64,000 bases of DNA from Thiotrichaceae bacterium UBA4486 (GTDB taxonomy: Bacteria > Pseudomonadota > Gammaproteobacteria > Eutrophobiales > Eutrophobiaceae). Below are positions 9,603-19,980 of the stretch, one piece after another. The position numbers and the translations under genes were made by a program. Position 1 is the stretch's first letter. Each line of letters opens with the position of its first letter. Under the pieces are notes generated by a model. That model was not told the DNA's origin. It did not search any database and saw only the letters and a list, made by a program, of their open reading frames with translations. The stretch covers positions 155,523 through 219,522 of the forward strand of contig DGNS01000013.1 of assembly GCA_002389045.1 (NCBI GenBank), written 5' to 3'.

Positions 9603-12600
9603 TTAAATTTCAGACGGTTGCTGTTTAAGCGGTGTCGGATGTTTGTGCGGAAACCAGCGTGACTGGCATTGCAATACCAGGGACAAAAGGGATGGCATGA
9701 AAGTGAGTGTAATCACGGTTGAGAACAGCAGACCAAAGAGCACAATGGCGCCGAGACCACGATAAAGCTCGGTACCTTCTCCCGGATTGAAAACCAGCGG
9801 TGACAACCCGAATATGGTTGTGATCATGGACATCATGATCGGTCGCAGCCTGGATTCGGTCGCCTCACGGATAGCCTCAAGATAATCCATGCCTTTTCTC
9901 CTGATACTGGTCATGGTGCGTTCCACGATCAGGATCGGATTGTTGACCACGGTGCCGATGAGCACCAGGAAACCCAGCATGGTGATCATGTCAAAGGGTT
10001 GCTGGATATTTTGCAGGCCGATTTTATCGAGCTGACCACCCAGGTAATTCATCAGCCATAGACCTACCAGTCCACCGCTGATACCGATGGGTACCGTGGT
10101 CATGATCAAAAGCGGGTAACCCCAGTGTGAAAAAATAGCCACCATCAGCAGGTAGGCGATGACAATGGCCGTGATGAAATTGCCCTGCAGTGCCTGCCGG
10201 GTGGAATCCAGACGATCGCTGGCGCCGCTGATAGTCATGGTCATGCCGGGTGCCAGTTGATCGTTGTCTTTCATATACCGGATCAGATCCTCCCGGACCA
10301 CACGCACACCGTCCTCCAGTGGCACATTTTGCGGTGGAATTATCGAGAGAGTGATGGTCCGCCGGCTGTCAACGCGGCGGATGGTTTCGGTGTTTACCGT
10401 TTCCCGAATGCCGGCGACCGCACCCAGGGGAACAATACCGCCCTGTTCGGAGTACAGCATCAGGTGATTGATGTCCTCGGGCGAGTCGATAACGCCATCG
10501 GTTGAATAGAGGAACATATCGATTTTGTGATCGCCCTTGAAGTACTCATCGACGAACGCACCGTCCGAATAGGCCCAGATGGTATAGCCAAGCTCATCGG
10601 CATCGATTCCGAGTTCGGCCGCACGCTCCCAGTCCGGTCTTATCTCGATCATGGGCTGGCCGAGCGACAGTGAGGACGGTTCCGGCCTGACACGCGGATT
10701 GTCAAAGATTTCCCTGGCGCGAATAAAAGCCTTGAAGCCGACGGCATACAGGCTTTCCAGATCGGTACCGCTGATATCCAGATTGATACTGCGTGTACCG
10801 CCACTGTTGCCGGCGAATATGCTGCCCCTGGAGACAAAGGTGATGACACCGGGAAATTGACCGATGTAGTCCTGGGTCAGCTCGATCAATTTGCCCAGGT
10901 GTTCGCGGGAATGCACTTCCACCACAAAGCGTGTTCTGGATGAATCATTGAATACCACCATGTAGTCAAGCGGCGGTATCTCCTTTTCTCCATCCTGGTA
11001 AGCGGCAGGGTCCTTGTTAAGGTGAGGCAGGTAAAAGTCATTCACCGCCCGGGTAATGGCATGCATCTCGTCGATGTTGTAACCCGGGGGTGCGAATATG
11101 GAGGCGAAGATTTTCTTTTCCTCGCCTTCCGGCAGGTATTCGGCCTTGGGCGTCAGTTCAGTGATAATGAGCACTGTCAGAAACAATACCAGGCCTATCA
11201 GGGCGATACGCCGGATTACGCCATGCAGCAGCCAGTCGACAAACCACATAACCGCCTTGCCGAAAAGCTGTCCGGCATGGTAAATACCGAAGCGAAAGGA
11301 AGCTGAGGTATTGGGTGTGAGGAAACGACTGCAGGCCACGGGCACCACCGTTATGGCGATTATCATCGACATCAGAATCGAGGCCGAGACCGCCACGGCA
11401 ATATCGGAATAGAGTTGTCCGGCTTCCTGTTCGATGAAAACAATGGGCAGGAAAACAAAAACCGTGGTCAGGGTCGAGGCGAGCACGGCAGTCCAGACTT
11501 CCCTGACGCCCTCGTAGGCTGCCTGCATGCGCGTCTTGCCAAGTGCCATATGCTTGTAAATGTTTTCCAGCACCACGATGCTGTTATCCAGCGTCATGCC
11601 GATGGCGAAGGCCACGCCGGCCATGGAAATGACATTGATGGTGCGACCGCTGATCAATAATCCCAGGAAGGCCACCACCGTACATACCGGGATGCCGAGT
11701 GCTCCAACCAGTGTGGCCGAGGTCGAACGCAGGAAAATAAACAGGACAATGGTAGCCAGGACAGCGCCAATCAGCAGATTTTGTGAAACCACTTTCACCG
11801 ATTGTTCAACGTAACGCACGTCCTCGGAAATCAGTTCCATGACCATGCCGTTGTCTTTCAGGAAGCCGTTGTTGAGTCTGTCGACAACCTCGAGCATCGC
11901 TTCCTTGATTTCGATGACATTGGTACCGAGCTGGCGTTTAACCGCCAGGTTTATGATCCGTTCGCCGTTGGTATAGGCGATGGAGCGGATCTCGGCGATG
12001 TCCTCATCCACATAACCGACGTCGCCCAGACGTATGAAGGTGTCTCCACGGCGGGCGATGACCAGGTTTTCCATTTCCTCGATACTGTCAAAACGGCCGC
12101 GGGTACGCAGCAGGTAGCGGCGCTTGCCGGTATCCAGATCACCGCCCGAGACATCACGGTTGCGTGATCGGATGGCATTGCGCACATCGATAAGACTGAT
12201 ATTGCGTTCAGCCAGCTTGATCGGGTCAACATAGATCTTTATCTGCGGATCCTCACCTCCGCGCAGACGCACGGAATCAACGCCGGGCACCCGTTCGAGA
12301 AAGGTCTGCACGTTGTCCTCGAGGAAATCACGCATGTGCACCATGTCGATTCCCAGCGGATTACCCTCGAGCGGGCGGATACTGAAATACATGAAAGAGT
12401 TGCTGGAAAAGGAACTGGCGGTGATGCGTGGCTCATCGACGTTTTCGGGATAGCCCGGGACCTGTGACAGGGCATTATTGACTTCCAGCAACACCTTGTT
12501 GATATCGGTGCCGTGCGGGAACTCAAGTTCGATATAGGACGAACCCGTATCCGCGGTCGAGGTCATGCGATCCAGGCCGGGAATGCGCCGCAGGTACTCC

Positions 12601-12797
12601 TCCTGCTCGATGAGGATTTCCTTTTCGATGTCCTGTGGTGTAGCTCCCGGCCAGCGGGTCTGGACGGAAATGACGCGGGGATCCAGGTCCGGGATCATCT
12701 GTACGGGGACATTAAGGAAAGACAGGATACCGAACAGGCACACGATCAGCATGGCGACCGTGACGATGATGGGATTGTTCAGGGCGAAGCGAAACAT
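9603..12797 (-). CDS. RND efflux transporter, inner-membrane permease (AcrB/HAE-type)
   Basis: 1064 aa with a 12-TM, two-large-periplasmic-loop layout. N-terminus is typical of RND pumps (FALNNPIIVTVAMLIVCLFGILSF..VPVQMIPD). Translationally abutted to the adaptor gene. Confidence 0.9.
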   Translation of the reverse strand: MFRFALNNPIIVTVAMLIVCLFGILSFLNVPVQMIPDLDPRVISVQTRWPGATPQDIEKEILIEQEEYLRRIPGLDRMTSTADTGSSYIELEFPHGTDINKVLLEVNNALSQVPGYPENVDEPRITASSFSSNSFMYFSIRPLEGNPLGIDMVHMRDFLEDNVQTFLERVPGVDSVRLRGGEDPQIKIYVDPIKLAERNISLIDVRNAIRSRNRDVSGGDLDTGKRRYLLRTRGRFDSIEEMENLVIARRGDTFIRLGDVGYVDEDIAEIRSIAYTNGERIINLAVKRQLGTNVIEIKEAMLEVVDRLNNGFLKDNGMVMELISEDVRYVEQSVKVVSQNLLIGAVLATIVLFIFLRSTSATLVGALGIPVCTVVAFLGLLISGRTINVISMAGVAFAIGMTLDNSIVVLENIYKHMALGKTRMQAAYEGVREVWTAVLASTLTTVFVFLPIVFIEQEAGQLYSDIAVAVSASILMSMIIAITVVPVACSRFLTPNTSASFRFGIYHAGQLFGKAVMWFVDWLLHGVIRRIALIGLVLFLTVLIITELTPKAEYLPEGEEKKIFASIFAPPGYNIDEMHAITRAVNDFYLPHLNKDPAAYQDGEKEIPPLDYMVVFNDSSRTRFVVEVHSREHLGKLIELTQDYIGQFPGVITFVSRGSIFAGNSGGTRSINLDISGTDLESLYAVGFKAFIRAREIFDNPRVRPEPSSLSLGQPMIEIRPDWERAAELGIDADELGYTIWAYSDGAFVDEYFKGDHKIDMFLYSTDGVIDSPEDINHLMLYSEQGGIVPLGAVAGIRETVNTETIRRVDSRRTITLSIIPPQNVPLEDGVRVVREDLIRYMKDNDQLAPGMTMTISGASDRLDSTRQALQGNFITAIVIAYLLMVAIFSHWGYPLLIMTTVPIGISGGLVGLWLMNYLGGQLDKIGLQNIQQPFDMITMLGFLVLIGTVVNNPILIVERTMTSIRRKGMDYLEAIREATESRLRPIMMSMITTIFGLSPLVFNPGEGTELYRGLGAIVLFGLLFSTVITLTFMPSLLSLVLQCQSRWFPHKHPTPLKQQPSEI

Positions 12798-13928
12798 CTA
12801 GAGGGCGGGAGGTTGATCCTTGCTGGCGTATACCAGTTGTCCCGGCTGCAGGATCTCGTTGCCGCGGATGATGACCTGATCGCCGGCTTTCAGGTTGCCA
12901 TAGAGTATTTCCACCATTCCCTTGCTGCTGCGGCCGCTGCGCACGTTGATAGGGGCGGCGCGCTGCTGGCCGTTCTGTTCACGCATGACCCAGACTGTTT
13001 CCGTTCCACCGGGATGACGCACTATCGCATCGCGCGGGATTTGCAGAGTCCGGGTCGTGGATTGTTCCTCGAGCTGGATAAAAACGCGGGCGGACATCCC
13101 CGGTGCCAGCTTTCGCTCGTGGTTATCGATATCCACTTTCACCGGAAAGGTACGGGCGTTTTCAAGTCCCAGCGGTACGGTCGCGGTAATGGTGGCCTCG
13201 AGTTTCATCTCCGGCAAGGCATCAAATACCACCCGAACCGGCGTGCCTGGCCGAATGCGCGCGAAATAAAACTGCGGCACCGGTGCTTCAACCCGCAGTG
13301 TATTCAATTCGGTAATTTCCAGTAACGGATCGTCGGTATTTATCCATTGTCCGATTTCAGTCAGTTTGGCGGTAACGACACCGCCAAAGGGTGCGTAAAC
13401 GGTATGACGGCGGAGGATTTCCTTCTGCCGTTCCACATCGGTCTTCAGACGCTGGACTACAGCGGCATTGATTTCCACCTCGGCAATCCGGGACTCGTAG
13501 GTAGTGGTGGAAATGTGTTTTTTATCCACCAGTTCGGCCGCTTCATCACGCTGGCGCTCGGCTTCCCGGTAACGGGCCCTGGCTTCTTCATACAGGGCAT
13601 CGGCCCTGGCCAACTCGATTTTCGCCAGTTCGTTGTCGATGCGGGCAATCACATCGCCCTGCTTTACAGTATCACCCTCGTCGAAATTGAGAGCCTCGAC
13701 AATGCCGCTTTGCCTGGAGGCAATCCGGGTTCTGCGTATGGGCATGAGTGTGCCGGTGAGCGGTATTTCCTCCACCATGGTGCCCAGGGTGACATCGACT
13801 ACCGTCACGGGGAGGCCGACTTCCTCGGCGTACAGGGCGGGTAGATGCGCACAGAACAGGCTAATCAACAGTATCTGTAGTCCGGATGTATGCGATCTGT
13901 GTCGTGTGGATACCTTGCAGTTCATCAA
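12798..13928 (-). CDS. RND efflux periplasmic adaptor (membrane fusion protein, HlyD family)
   Basis: 376 aa with a signal/anchor, a lipoyl-like segment, a coiled-coil hairpin and a beta-barrel pattern. Its stop is adjacent to the RND permease start. Confidence 0.88.
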   Translation of the reverse strand: MMNCKVSTRHRSHTSGLQILLISLFCAHLPALYAEEVGLPVTVVDVTLGTMVEEIPLTGTLMPIRRTRIASRQSGIVEALNFDEGDTVKQGDVIARIDNELAKIELARADALYEEARARYREAERQRDEAAELVDKKHISTTTYESRIAEVEINAAVVQRLKTDVERQKEILRRHTVYAPFGGVVTAKLTEIGQWINTDDPLLEITELNTLRVEAPVPQFYFARIRPGTPVRVVFDALPEMKLEATITATVPLGLENARTFPVKVDIDNHERKLAPGMSARVFIQLEEQSTTRTLQIPRDAIVRHPGGTETVWVMREQNGQQRAAPINVRSGRSSKGMVEILYGNLKAGDQVIIRGNEILQPGQLVYASKDQPPAL

Positions 13929-14252
13929 TTGTTACAGATCAGTATGTTATGTGCATTGTCCATGTATCGGAGTGACAATCAATAACAATTCATTGCGGAT
14001 TGTCTCGGGTACCGGGATAGCCTTGCAGGCTGGCTTAGACCGAATGCATAGGCAATTAATTCATGGAAATATAAAAATTGTGAAAATTCAGGTAAATCCG
14101 CAAGGGAAGGCACTGCAACCAGGCTGTTGCGGGTCGCTCACGCCCGGTTTCCCGGCATTGTGCAGGGGCTGCGGTCAGACAATCCGCCGTAACGGGCCTG
14201 GATTCGGAGGCGGTCTGAAGACCGCCGCTATGGTGATGAGAGGTACGTTACC

Positions 14253-15674
14253 TCAGTATTTGAATTGCGCCCAGACCCAGAGTTTGTCCACGTCACGGTT
14301 AATGCCGTTATTACTGCCATTACGGGCAATGGCCAGGGCGTCACGATCGGCGGAGTAGGAAGAGTATTTGATGCCCAGGGTATATTTTTCACGGAATGTC
14401 CGGCTCAGCATCAGGTCAATTTCATCACCGTAATCATAGCTCATATTGTCGGAGTTCAGGTCATGATAAGCGGCTACGAAGTTGGCGCCCATAATATTGG
14501 CGACCAGTGTGAAAATATAATCCTCGATACCATCACCCGGTGTAATCAGGAAACGATCCGCCCACCCCTGAAAGGCGTGATTGGTGCCGAGAATAGTGAC
14601 AAACCGATCGGCGCCACCGTCACCCTGCAGCAGTTCGTAGCTGAACTTGAGTGTCAGCGAATCGATAAATGCAGCCGGTTTGAAATTGATCCCGGCCTCG
14701 CCGAGAACATATCCGGCATCGATGTCGGCAGGATTATTCTCGTAGTCGCTCTGGTGGGCATATTCCGCTGTATACAGGGCGTTGACATTGTTCATTATCG
14801 GCTGCTTACCCGAGAAACGCAGTCCATAAGTCTGACTTGAGAACGCGGCGGCGTTATCAAAATCCAGCAGGTAGGCATAGCCTTCAAGTTTACCGAAGGG
14901 CAGGCTGGTATTCGTCACATTGACAAAATGCGAGTCGCTGTCGAAATTATCCAGCGGGCTGGTCGCATCCTCGCCGAAGATGCGATTGACGTTCCAGACG
15001 TAGGCGTAATTGATGGTGGTATCCGGCAGATAATCGTTGCTGACCGTGAATGCATCATGGGTCTGCCAGTTCTGTCGCCAGAGTATGGTGCCGATAAAAC
15101 GATGAAACGGCGCCTGGCGATAGGTAATATACTGGCGGCCCAGCCTGAATTCAGTCGCAGTTAACCCGGTATAACTGATAAAGGACTGGTCCACTTCCGT
15201 GCCCTCGGGATCGATGACGGCGGCATATCGCGTCTTGCGGTTGGAACCGTCATTGAAATCATCGCTGAACACCTCGGTGACATTTTCCAGATCCAGGGTC
15301 AGGCCGAATCCGTGAAACCGGCCGGTTTCATAACCGAGTACCGTACGTATGGTGGATGCATTCGCGTCCTTGAGTTTCGTGGTTGTCGCGCCGAACAGGA
15401 TATCGTCATCGACATGCTCGAAGCGGTAGCGTACCGAAAAATGAACCTTGCCGCCGGTCAGCGCATTCCATAGCTGATCTTCGGCATGGGCCCCGGGCGG
15501 CAGCATCAGGCACATCGACAGGAGTATGACAACCGGAATGCCCGTGAGAGCAGGGCCGGAAAACCATGGGTTTACAAGCGTCTTGGAGTCAGTGTTCAGT
15601 GTTCTTCTCCCTTCATGTAGTCTTATTATTAAATTGTAATGTGAGACAGAATTTGTGACATTGATATGGATCAA
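14253..15674 (-). CDS. Alginate-export family outer-membrane beta-barrel protein
   Basis: 473-aa ORF with a signal peptide (...LMLPPGAHA), alternating beta-strand pattern and a C-terminal aromatic residue (...WVWAQFKY). Contains the RFIGTILWRQNWQTHDAF segment typical of AlgE-like barrels. Starts within 35 nt of the nirN stop. The exact start codon is uncertain. Confidence 0.7.
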   Translation of the reverse strand: MIHINVTNSVSHYNLIIRLHEGRRTLNTDSKTLVNPWFSGPALTGIPVVILLSMCLMLPPGAHAEDQLWNALTGGKVHFSVRYRFEHVDDDILFGATTTKLKDANASTIRTVLGYETGRFHGFGLTLDLENVTEVFSDDFNDGSNRKTRYAAVIDPEGTEVDQSFISYTGLTATEFRLGRQYITYRQAPFHRFIGTILWRQNWQTHDAFTVSNDYLPDTTINYAYVWNVNRIFGEDATSPLDNFDSDSHFVNVTNTSLPFGKLEGYAYLLDFDNAAAFSSQTYGLRFSGKQPIMNNVNALYTAEYAHQSDYENNPADIDAGYVLGEAGINFKPAAFIDSLTLKFSYELLQGDGGADRFVTILGTNHAFQGWADRFLITPGDGIEDYIFTLVANIMGANFVAAYHDLNSDNMSYDYGDEIDLMLSRTFREKYTLGIKYSSYSADRDALAIARNGSNNGINRDVDKLWVWAQFKY

Positions 15675-15708
15675 AGCAGATATGTTCTATTATTATTTTG
15701 GCTAAATT

Positions 15709-17268
15709 TCAATGGCTGGTGCCCCGTGACAGGTTGATTTTGTTATAAACGTTATATTTTCCCGACGGCTTGTTCATGGGCAATCGCTTGATTTCCTCGA
15801 GCGTATGGCTGTCATAGACAATGATCGTACCGTCCTCATCCCAGATGCTGAGCAGGGCATAACGTCCGTCGCGGGTAAATTCCACATGAGCCGAGATTTT
15901 CCCGGGTTCCGGTTGCAGTGTCTTGACGATTTCCAGGGTCTGCTTGTCAATGACATGCACCAGGTCCCGGTCAGGACCGAAAAATACGTCAACCCAGCAG
16001 TACGGGCTGTTTTCATGTGTGCGCATGAAGAAGCCGGGTCCCCGGGTTTCGATGCGTTTTATGACTTCCCAGGTACCGGTATCGATGATGCTGACCCTGC
16101 TTTCCCTGAGATTGGGGCTGGCGAGCACAGTGCGCCCGCCGTACTCCCAGCTGATACCGGAACCCAGGTGCGGCAGTCCGCTGAGGTCAATATCGGCAAT
16201 CTTTTTGCCCACCAGCAGGCTGACGACCTGGCCGTTGCGGCTGTTACGGGCGGCGCCGATGACGTTGTTGTAATCCGTATCGAAAAAGAAGTCGTCCAGA
16301 TAATCGTCGAGACGTATGCGGCGTACGGGGAACGGTCCTTCTTCGGCCAAAGCCTCATCATAGCGGTAATCATGAACGAGTCCACTGTACACGGGTTCGG
16401 CGTTTTCAGCGTAAGGGATTTCCCAGACCTCGGTCAGATCTTTCAGCGCGACAATAAAACTCTGCCGGGGCGGAGCGTCATAGACGGCACTGACACGCGA
16501 CGAATTGCCCGTGCCGTCAGTGACAGGGATGAGCTTGATGAGCTGCAGGTCCGCGGCATCGAGCACAGCCAGTGAATGCGGCAGGTAATTGCCGACCAGT
16601 ACGAATCTGCCGTCGCTGGAAACGGCCAGGTTGCGCGTATTGATCCCGGCACGGATTTCGGCAACGTACTCCAGTGCATACAGATCGTACTTGGCTATCC
16701 AGCCATCCCTTGAAGCAAGGTAAACATAGCGCCCGTCCGGAGAGAATTTCGGACCGCCATGCAGTGCCACCCGGGTCCGGAAACGATGCACGGGCTCAAA
16801 CCGATCACCATCGAGAATCGTAATATGATGATCCCCGGTTTCCACCACGACAAACAGATTCAGGGGGTCGGCAGTGTATTCCGGCCGGCTGATATCCGGG
16901 TTTGCAGCACGCAGGATCCGGTGGGAATCAGTGATACGTCGTTCATCCCATGTCGGGACAAAATCCAGCGGCTGGTAAATAAATTCCACCAGGCTGGCAA
17001 TTGTCGATTTATCGAGCCTGTGACCATAGGCAGGCATCTGTGTCGCTGATCGGCCCGAGCGAATAACTTCCGCCGCCTCTTCGCGTGTCAGCCGTTTCAG
17101 GTTTTCCGGTAACAACGCGGGACCCTGTCCCCCGAGCCTTGAATCTCCATGACAGTCCGCGCATTCCTGTTTATAAATTATCCCGGTATCCGCTGCCGCA
17201 GTAACTGCGGGGAGCACGAACAGTAACAGGAATAGCGCCGGAACCTTGGGTTCAGACCATTTCCGCAT
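15709..17268 (-). CDS. nirN: NirN, cytochrome c plus d1-type beta-propeller protein (dihydro-heme d1 dehydrogenase)
   Basis: Signal peptide, one CxxCH site (CADCHG), then a NirS/NirF-like eight-blade propeller. Located after nirJ. I chose the ATG at 17268 (MRKWSEPKV...), which overlaps the nirJ end by 17 nt, rather than the 17436 ORF start. Confidence 0.85.
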   Translation of the reverse strand: MRKWSEPKVPALFLLLFVLPAVTAAADTGIIYKQECADCHGDSRLGGQGPALLPENLKRLTREEAAEVIRSGRSATQMPAYGHRLDKSTIASLVEFIYQPLDFVPTWDERRITDSHRILRAANPDISRPEYTADPLNLFVVVETGDHHITILDGDRFEPVHRFRTRVALHGGPKFSPDGRYVYLASRDGWIAKYDLYALEYVAEIRAGINTRNLAVSSDGRFVLVGNYLPHSLAVLDAADLQLIKLIPVTDGTGNSSRVSAVYDAPPRQSFIVALKDLTEVWEIPYAENAEPVYSGLVHDYRYDEALAEEGPFPVRRIRLDDYLDDFFFDTDYNNVIGAARNSRNGQVVSLLVGKKIADIDLSGLPHLGSGISWEYGGRTVLASPNLRESRVSIIDTGTWEVIKRIETRGPGFFMRTHENSPYCWVDVFFGPDRDLVHVIDKQTLEIVKTLQPEPGKISAHVEFTRDGRYALLSIWDEDGTIIVYDSHTLEEIKRLPMNKPSGKYNVYNKINLSRGTSH

Positions 17269-18439
17269 CCTGACCGATCCTTGTATTTGCACGGAAGTCC
17301 GCTGGATTGATTTCATCATCATCCAGATAACAGCCCGGATCCTCCGCCCAGGGATCGTCGTGGGTTTGCCACGCCCGGATACGGGTATTGCCGCCGCAGA
17401 CATCAAAAAAATGGCAACCGGCGCAACGACCGCCAATCTGTCGTGGCCGCCGTTTCAGACCGGCCATGATCGGGTCTCCGGTATCGGTCCAGATATCGGC
17501 GAATCGACGTTCCTTGACGCTGCCAAGGCTGTAATGCCACCAGAAGGTGTCGGGATGTACGTTGCCCAGGTTATCGATATTGGCGATGTTGACGCCGGAA
17601 CTGTTACCACCCCATTGCCGCAATCGTTCATGGATATGGTCATAACGTTCAGGGTGGTGCTTTTTTATCCAGTGCAACAGGTAAACCGCATCGGCATCGT
17701 TGTTGCCGGTGACGTATTCACGGTCAATGCCACGCTGAATATCCGACCAGCAGCGATCAATCAGAGTCTGTACAGCCTGACGGCTCACGGCATGGGTGGC
17801 GTCGTCCTTGCGATTGCGGTTGCCACGACCGGCATAGTTGAGATGGGACAGGTAAAATTTGTTGACGTCCTCGACTTCCATCAGGTCAAGCAGGGGTGTC
17901 AGTTCATGGGCATTGTCCATGGTCACCGTGAAGCGCATACCCACCTTGAGATCACGGTCACGGCAGAGTCGTATCGCGCGCATCGATGCATCAAAAGCGC
18001 CCTGCTTGCGGCGGAACATATCATGCGTTTCACGCAGGCCATCAATGCTGATGCCGATATAGTCGTAATTCATGGCCGCAATGCGATCGATGTTGGATTC
18101 GTCGATCATCGTGCCATTGGTGGACAAGCCCACATAAAAACCCATGGCCCTGGCGCGGGCGGATATATCGAAAATATCAGGCCGCAATAGCGGTTCACCG
18201 CCCGATAATATCAGTACCGGCACCCTGAACTGTTTGAGTTCATCCATGACCCGGAAGATTTCATCGGTTGACAATTCGCCGGGGAAGTTATGGTCAGCCG
18301 AAATCGAATAGCAGTGTTTGCAGGTGAGATTGCACCGGCGTATGAGGTTCCAGATGACGACCGGGCCGGGCGGCTGTCGCGTTGCTCCCGTGGCTGTGGG
18401 TGCGGCGACTTCGCGAAGGTACTGGCTGATACGAAACAT
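17252..18439 (-). CDS. nirJ: Radical SAM heme d1 biosynthesis protein NirJ
   Basis: 395 aa with the CNLTCKHCY radical-SAM cluster motif and a C-terminal Cys-rich SPASM-like region (CAGCHFFDVCGG). Sits between nirH and nirN. Confidence 0.9.
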   Translation of the reverse strand: MFRISQYLREVAAPTATGATRQPPGPVVIWNLIRRCNLTCKHCYSISADHNFPGELSTDEIFRVMDELKQFRVPVLILSGGEPLLRPDIFDISARARAMGFYVGLSTNGTMIDESNIDRIAAMNYDYIGISIDGLRETHDMFRRKQGAFDASMRAIRLCRDRDLKVGMRFTVTMDNAHELTPLLDLMEVEDVNKFYLSHLNYAGRGNRNRKDDATHAVSRQAVQTLIDRCWSDIQRGIDREYVTGNNDADAVYLLHWIKKHHPERYDHIHERLRQWGGNSSGVNIANIDNLGNVHPDTFWWHYSLGSVKERRFADIWTDTGDPIMAGLKRRPRQIGGRCAGCHFFDVCGGNTRIRAWQTHDDPWAEDPGCYLDDDEINPADFRANTRIGQDAEMV

Positions 18440-18496
18440 GACAGGGGATCTCCCGGTTAATCTAAAATTCCGTGTTAATACATGGGGTTTGCGGGG

Positions 18497-18991
18497 TTAT
18501 ATCCGCAAACCTGTTTTTTTCAGTATGCGTTTACTGTAGAGCACGGTGCCGGAGCGGCTTTTATCACCGAGTAATTCGGTGATCATCGCGGCCTTTTGCC
18601 CGGTACTTTCACGGGATTTACCGTGTACCATGGCGAACAGATTATATGGCCATTCCGGCAGGTGCCGCGGGCGTTGATAACAATGACTGACAAAATCCAG
18701 TGCCCCGATAATCATGCCGGCCTTGTCGACGTAGTCGTCTCTCACGTCCCAGACTGCCATACCATTGGCCGTGAAGCCAAGGGCATAATGATTGGGAACC
18801 GCGGCGATGCGGCGGATTACGCCCTGATCAAGCATGCGCTCAAGTCTTTCCATTACTGTTTTATCACTGATGCCAAGTTTGTCAGCAATGGTCTTGTAAG
18901 GTTCACGGCAGAGCGGCAGACCGGACTGGGTCTGTCTGATGATGGCTATATCGATATCATCACAGGCACCGTTGACAGTACAGTCAGACAT
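18497..18991 (-). CDS. nirH: Siroheme decarboxylase subunit NirH (AsnC/Lrp-like)
   Basis: 164 aa with an Lrp/AsnC-like N-terminal HTH and the NirDLGH-type repeat (…AVPNHYALGFTANGMAVWDV…). Fourth of four paralogous genes. Confidence 0.8.
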   Translation of the reverse strand: MSDCTVNGACDDIDIAIIRQTQSGLPLCREPYKTIADKLGISDKTVMERLERMLDQGVIRRIAAVPNHYALGFTANGMAVWDVRDDYVDKAGMIIGALDFVSHCYQRPRHLPEWPYNLFAMVHGKSRESTGQKAAMITELLGDKSRSGTVLYSKRILKKTGLRI

Positions 18992-19427
18992 GAAATTTCA
19001 GGCCCACAAAATATTCCTTCAGCTTCGGCATATTGTACACTTGCAAGCCGGTGTGATTTTCGATTTCATCGATGACGCGTTGCAGTTCCCCGGTATTGTC
19101 GGCGGCGATGACAAACCACATATTGAATTCATGTTCGCGTTCATAATTATGCGCGACCTCAGGAAAAGCGTTGACACGGGCGGCGGTTTCGTCAAAGACA
19201 TCATCGGGAACCTTCATGGCCGCCAGACTGTAGATGCCACCCAGTCTTTCCATGTTATACATTGGTCCAAAGCGTGACAGTATCCCGTTTTTCAGCAATG
19301 TTTCAATGCACTTGATCAGGGCGTTCTCGTCCAGGTTGAGTTCACCGCCGATTTCGGCGAAAGGCTGTTTGCAGACAGGAAAGCCATCCTGCAATCTGTT
19401 GATAATATGTCTGTCAAGATCGTCCAT
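18984..19427 (-). CDS. nirG: Siroheme decarboxylase subunit NirG
   Basis: Paralogue of the nirD/L/H products. I chose the ATG at 19427 (MDDLDRHIINRLQDGFPVC...), which has AAGGAG 10 nt upstream and gives a NirG-like 147 aa. The 19556 ORF start would overlap nirL extensively. Confidence 0.8.
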   Translation of the reverse strand: MDDLDRHIINRLQDGFPVCKQPFAEIGGELNLDENALIKCIETLLKNGILSRFGPMYNMERLGGIYSLAAMKVPDDVFDETAARVNAFPEVAHNYEREHEFNMWFVIAADNTGELQRVIDEIENHTGLQVYNMPKLKEYFVGLKFHV

Positions 19428-19443
19428 TGGCGTATGTCTCCTT

Positions 19444-19980
19444 TCAGGAATCATCATCTCCTGTCTTCCTGCAGGGATGATAATGCATACCCCGCTGCTT
19501 GAAACGACGCTTGCTGAACAGGATATCGTACCTGGCGTTGCCATGTGTATAGTCATTAGCGAGCCTGTGCACCTGATCGATTACCGTTTGCCGATCCTTG
19601 CCGTGTATCATACAGAACAGGTTATACGGCCAATGTGGCAGTATCCGGGGACGGCGATAACACAGATTCACTGTTTCTGATGCAGCAAGCTGCTGTGCGA
19701 ATTCGCGTACGTGTTCGTCAGGTATATTCCATACCACCATTGCGTTGGCGGTGTAGCCGAGTTCCCGGTGATTGACCACGACTCCGAAGCGCTTGATCAG
19801 TCCGCAAATACGCATGATACGGATCCGATCAAGGACTTCCTTTTCAGTGATTCCCAGTTTCTCCGCAATGTCCAGATAAGGTCGTTTTACAAAGGCGATG
19901 CCGCCGGCAATGATATCGATCAGTTGCCAGTCCACGGCATCCGGTCTGTACTCCGGCATTTTCGGGTTGTTCATCACCAT
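19444..19980 (-). CDS. nirL: Siroheme decarboxylase subunit NirL
   Basis: 178-aa AsnC-like paralogue (…VVNHRELGYTANAMVVWNIP…). Overlaps the nirD stop by 7 nt. Confidence 0.8.
   Translation of the reverse strand: MVMNNPKMPEYRPDAVDWQLIDIIAGGIAFVKRPYLDIAEKLGITEKEVLDRIRIMRICGLIKRFGVVVNHRELGYTANAMVVWNIPDEHVREFAQQLAASETVNLCYRRPRILPHWPYNLFCMIHGKDRQTVIDQVHRLANDYTHGNARYDILFSKRRFKQRGMHYHPCRKTGDDDS

Noticed and set aside
12513-13325. 270-aa plus-strand ORF spanning the RND permease/adaptor junction
   Set aside because: It is antisense to two strongly supported efflux genes and has antisense-frame composition.
14209-14226. Short GC hairpin (GGCGGTC-TGAA-GACCGCC) downstream of the outer-membrane barrel gene
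   Set aside because: The stem is only 7 bp with no following U-run on the relevant strand. It is a possible terminator but not supportable.
17246-18190. 314-aa plus-strand ORF antisense to nirJ
   Set aside because: nirJ on the opposite strand has the radical-SAM CxxxCxxC motif and operon context. The plus-strand product has no motifs.
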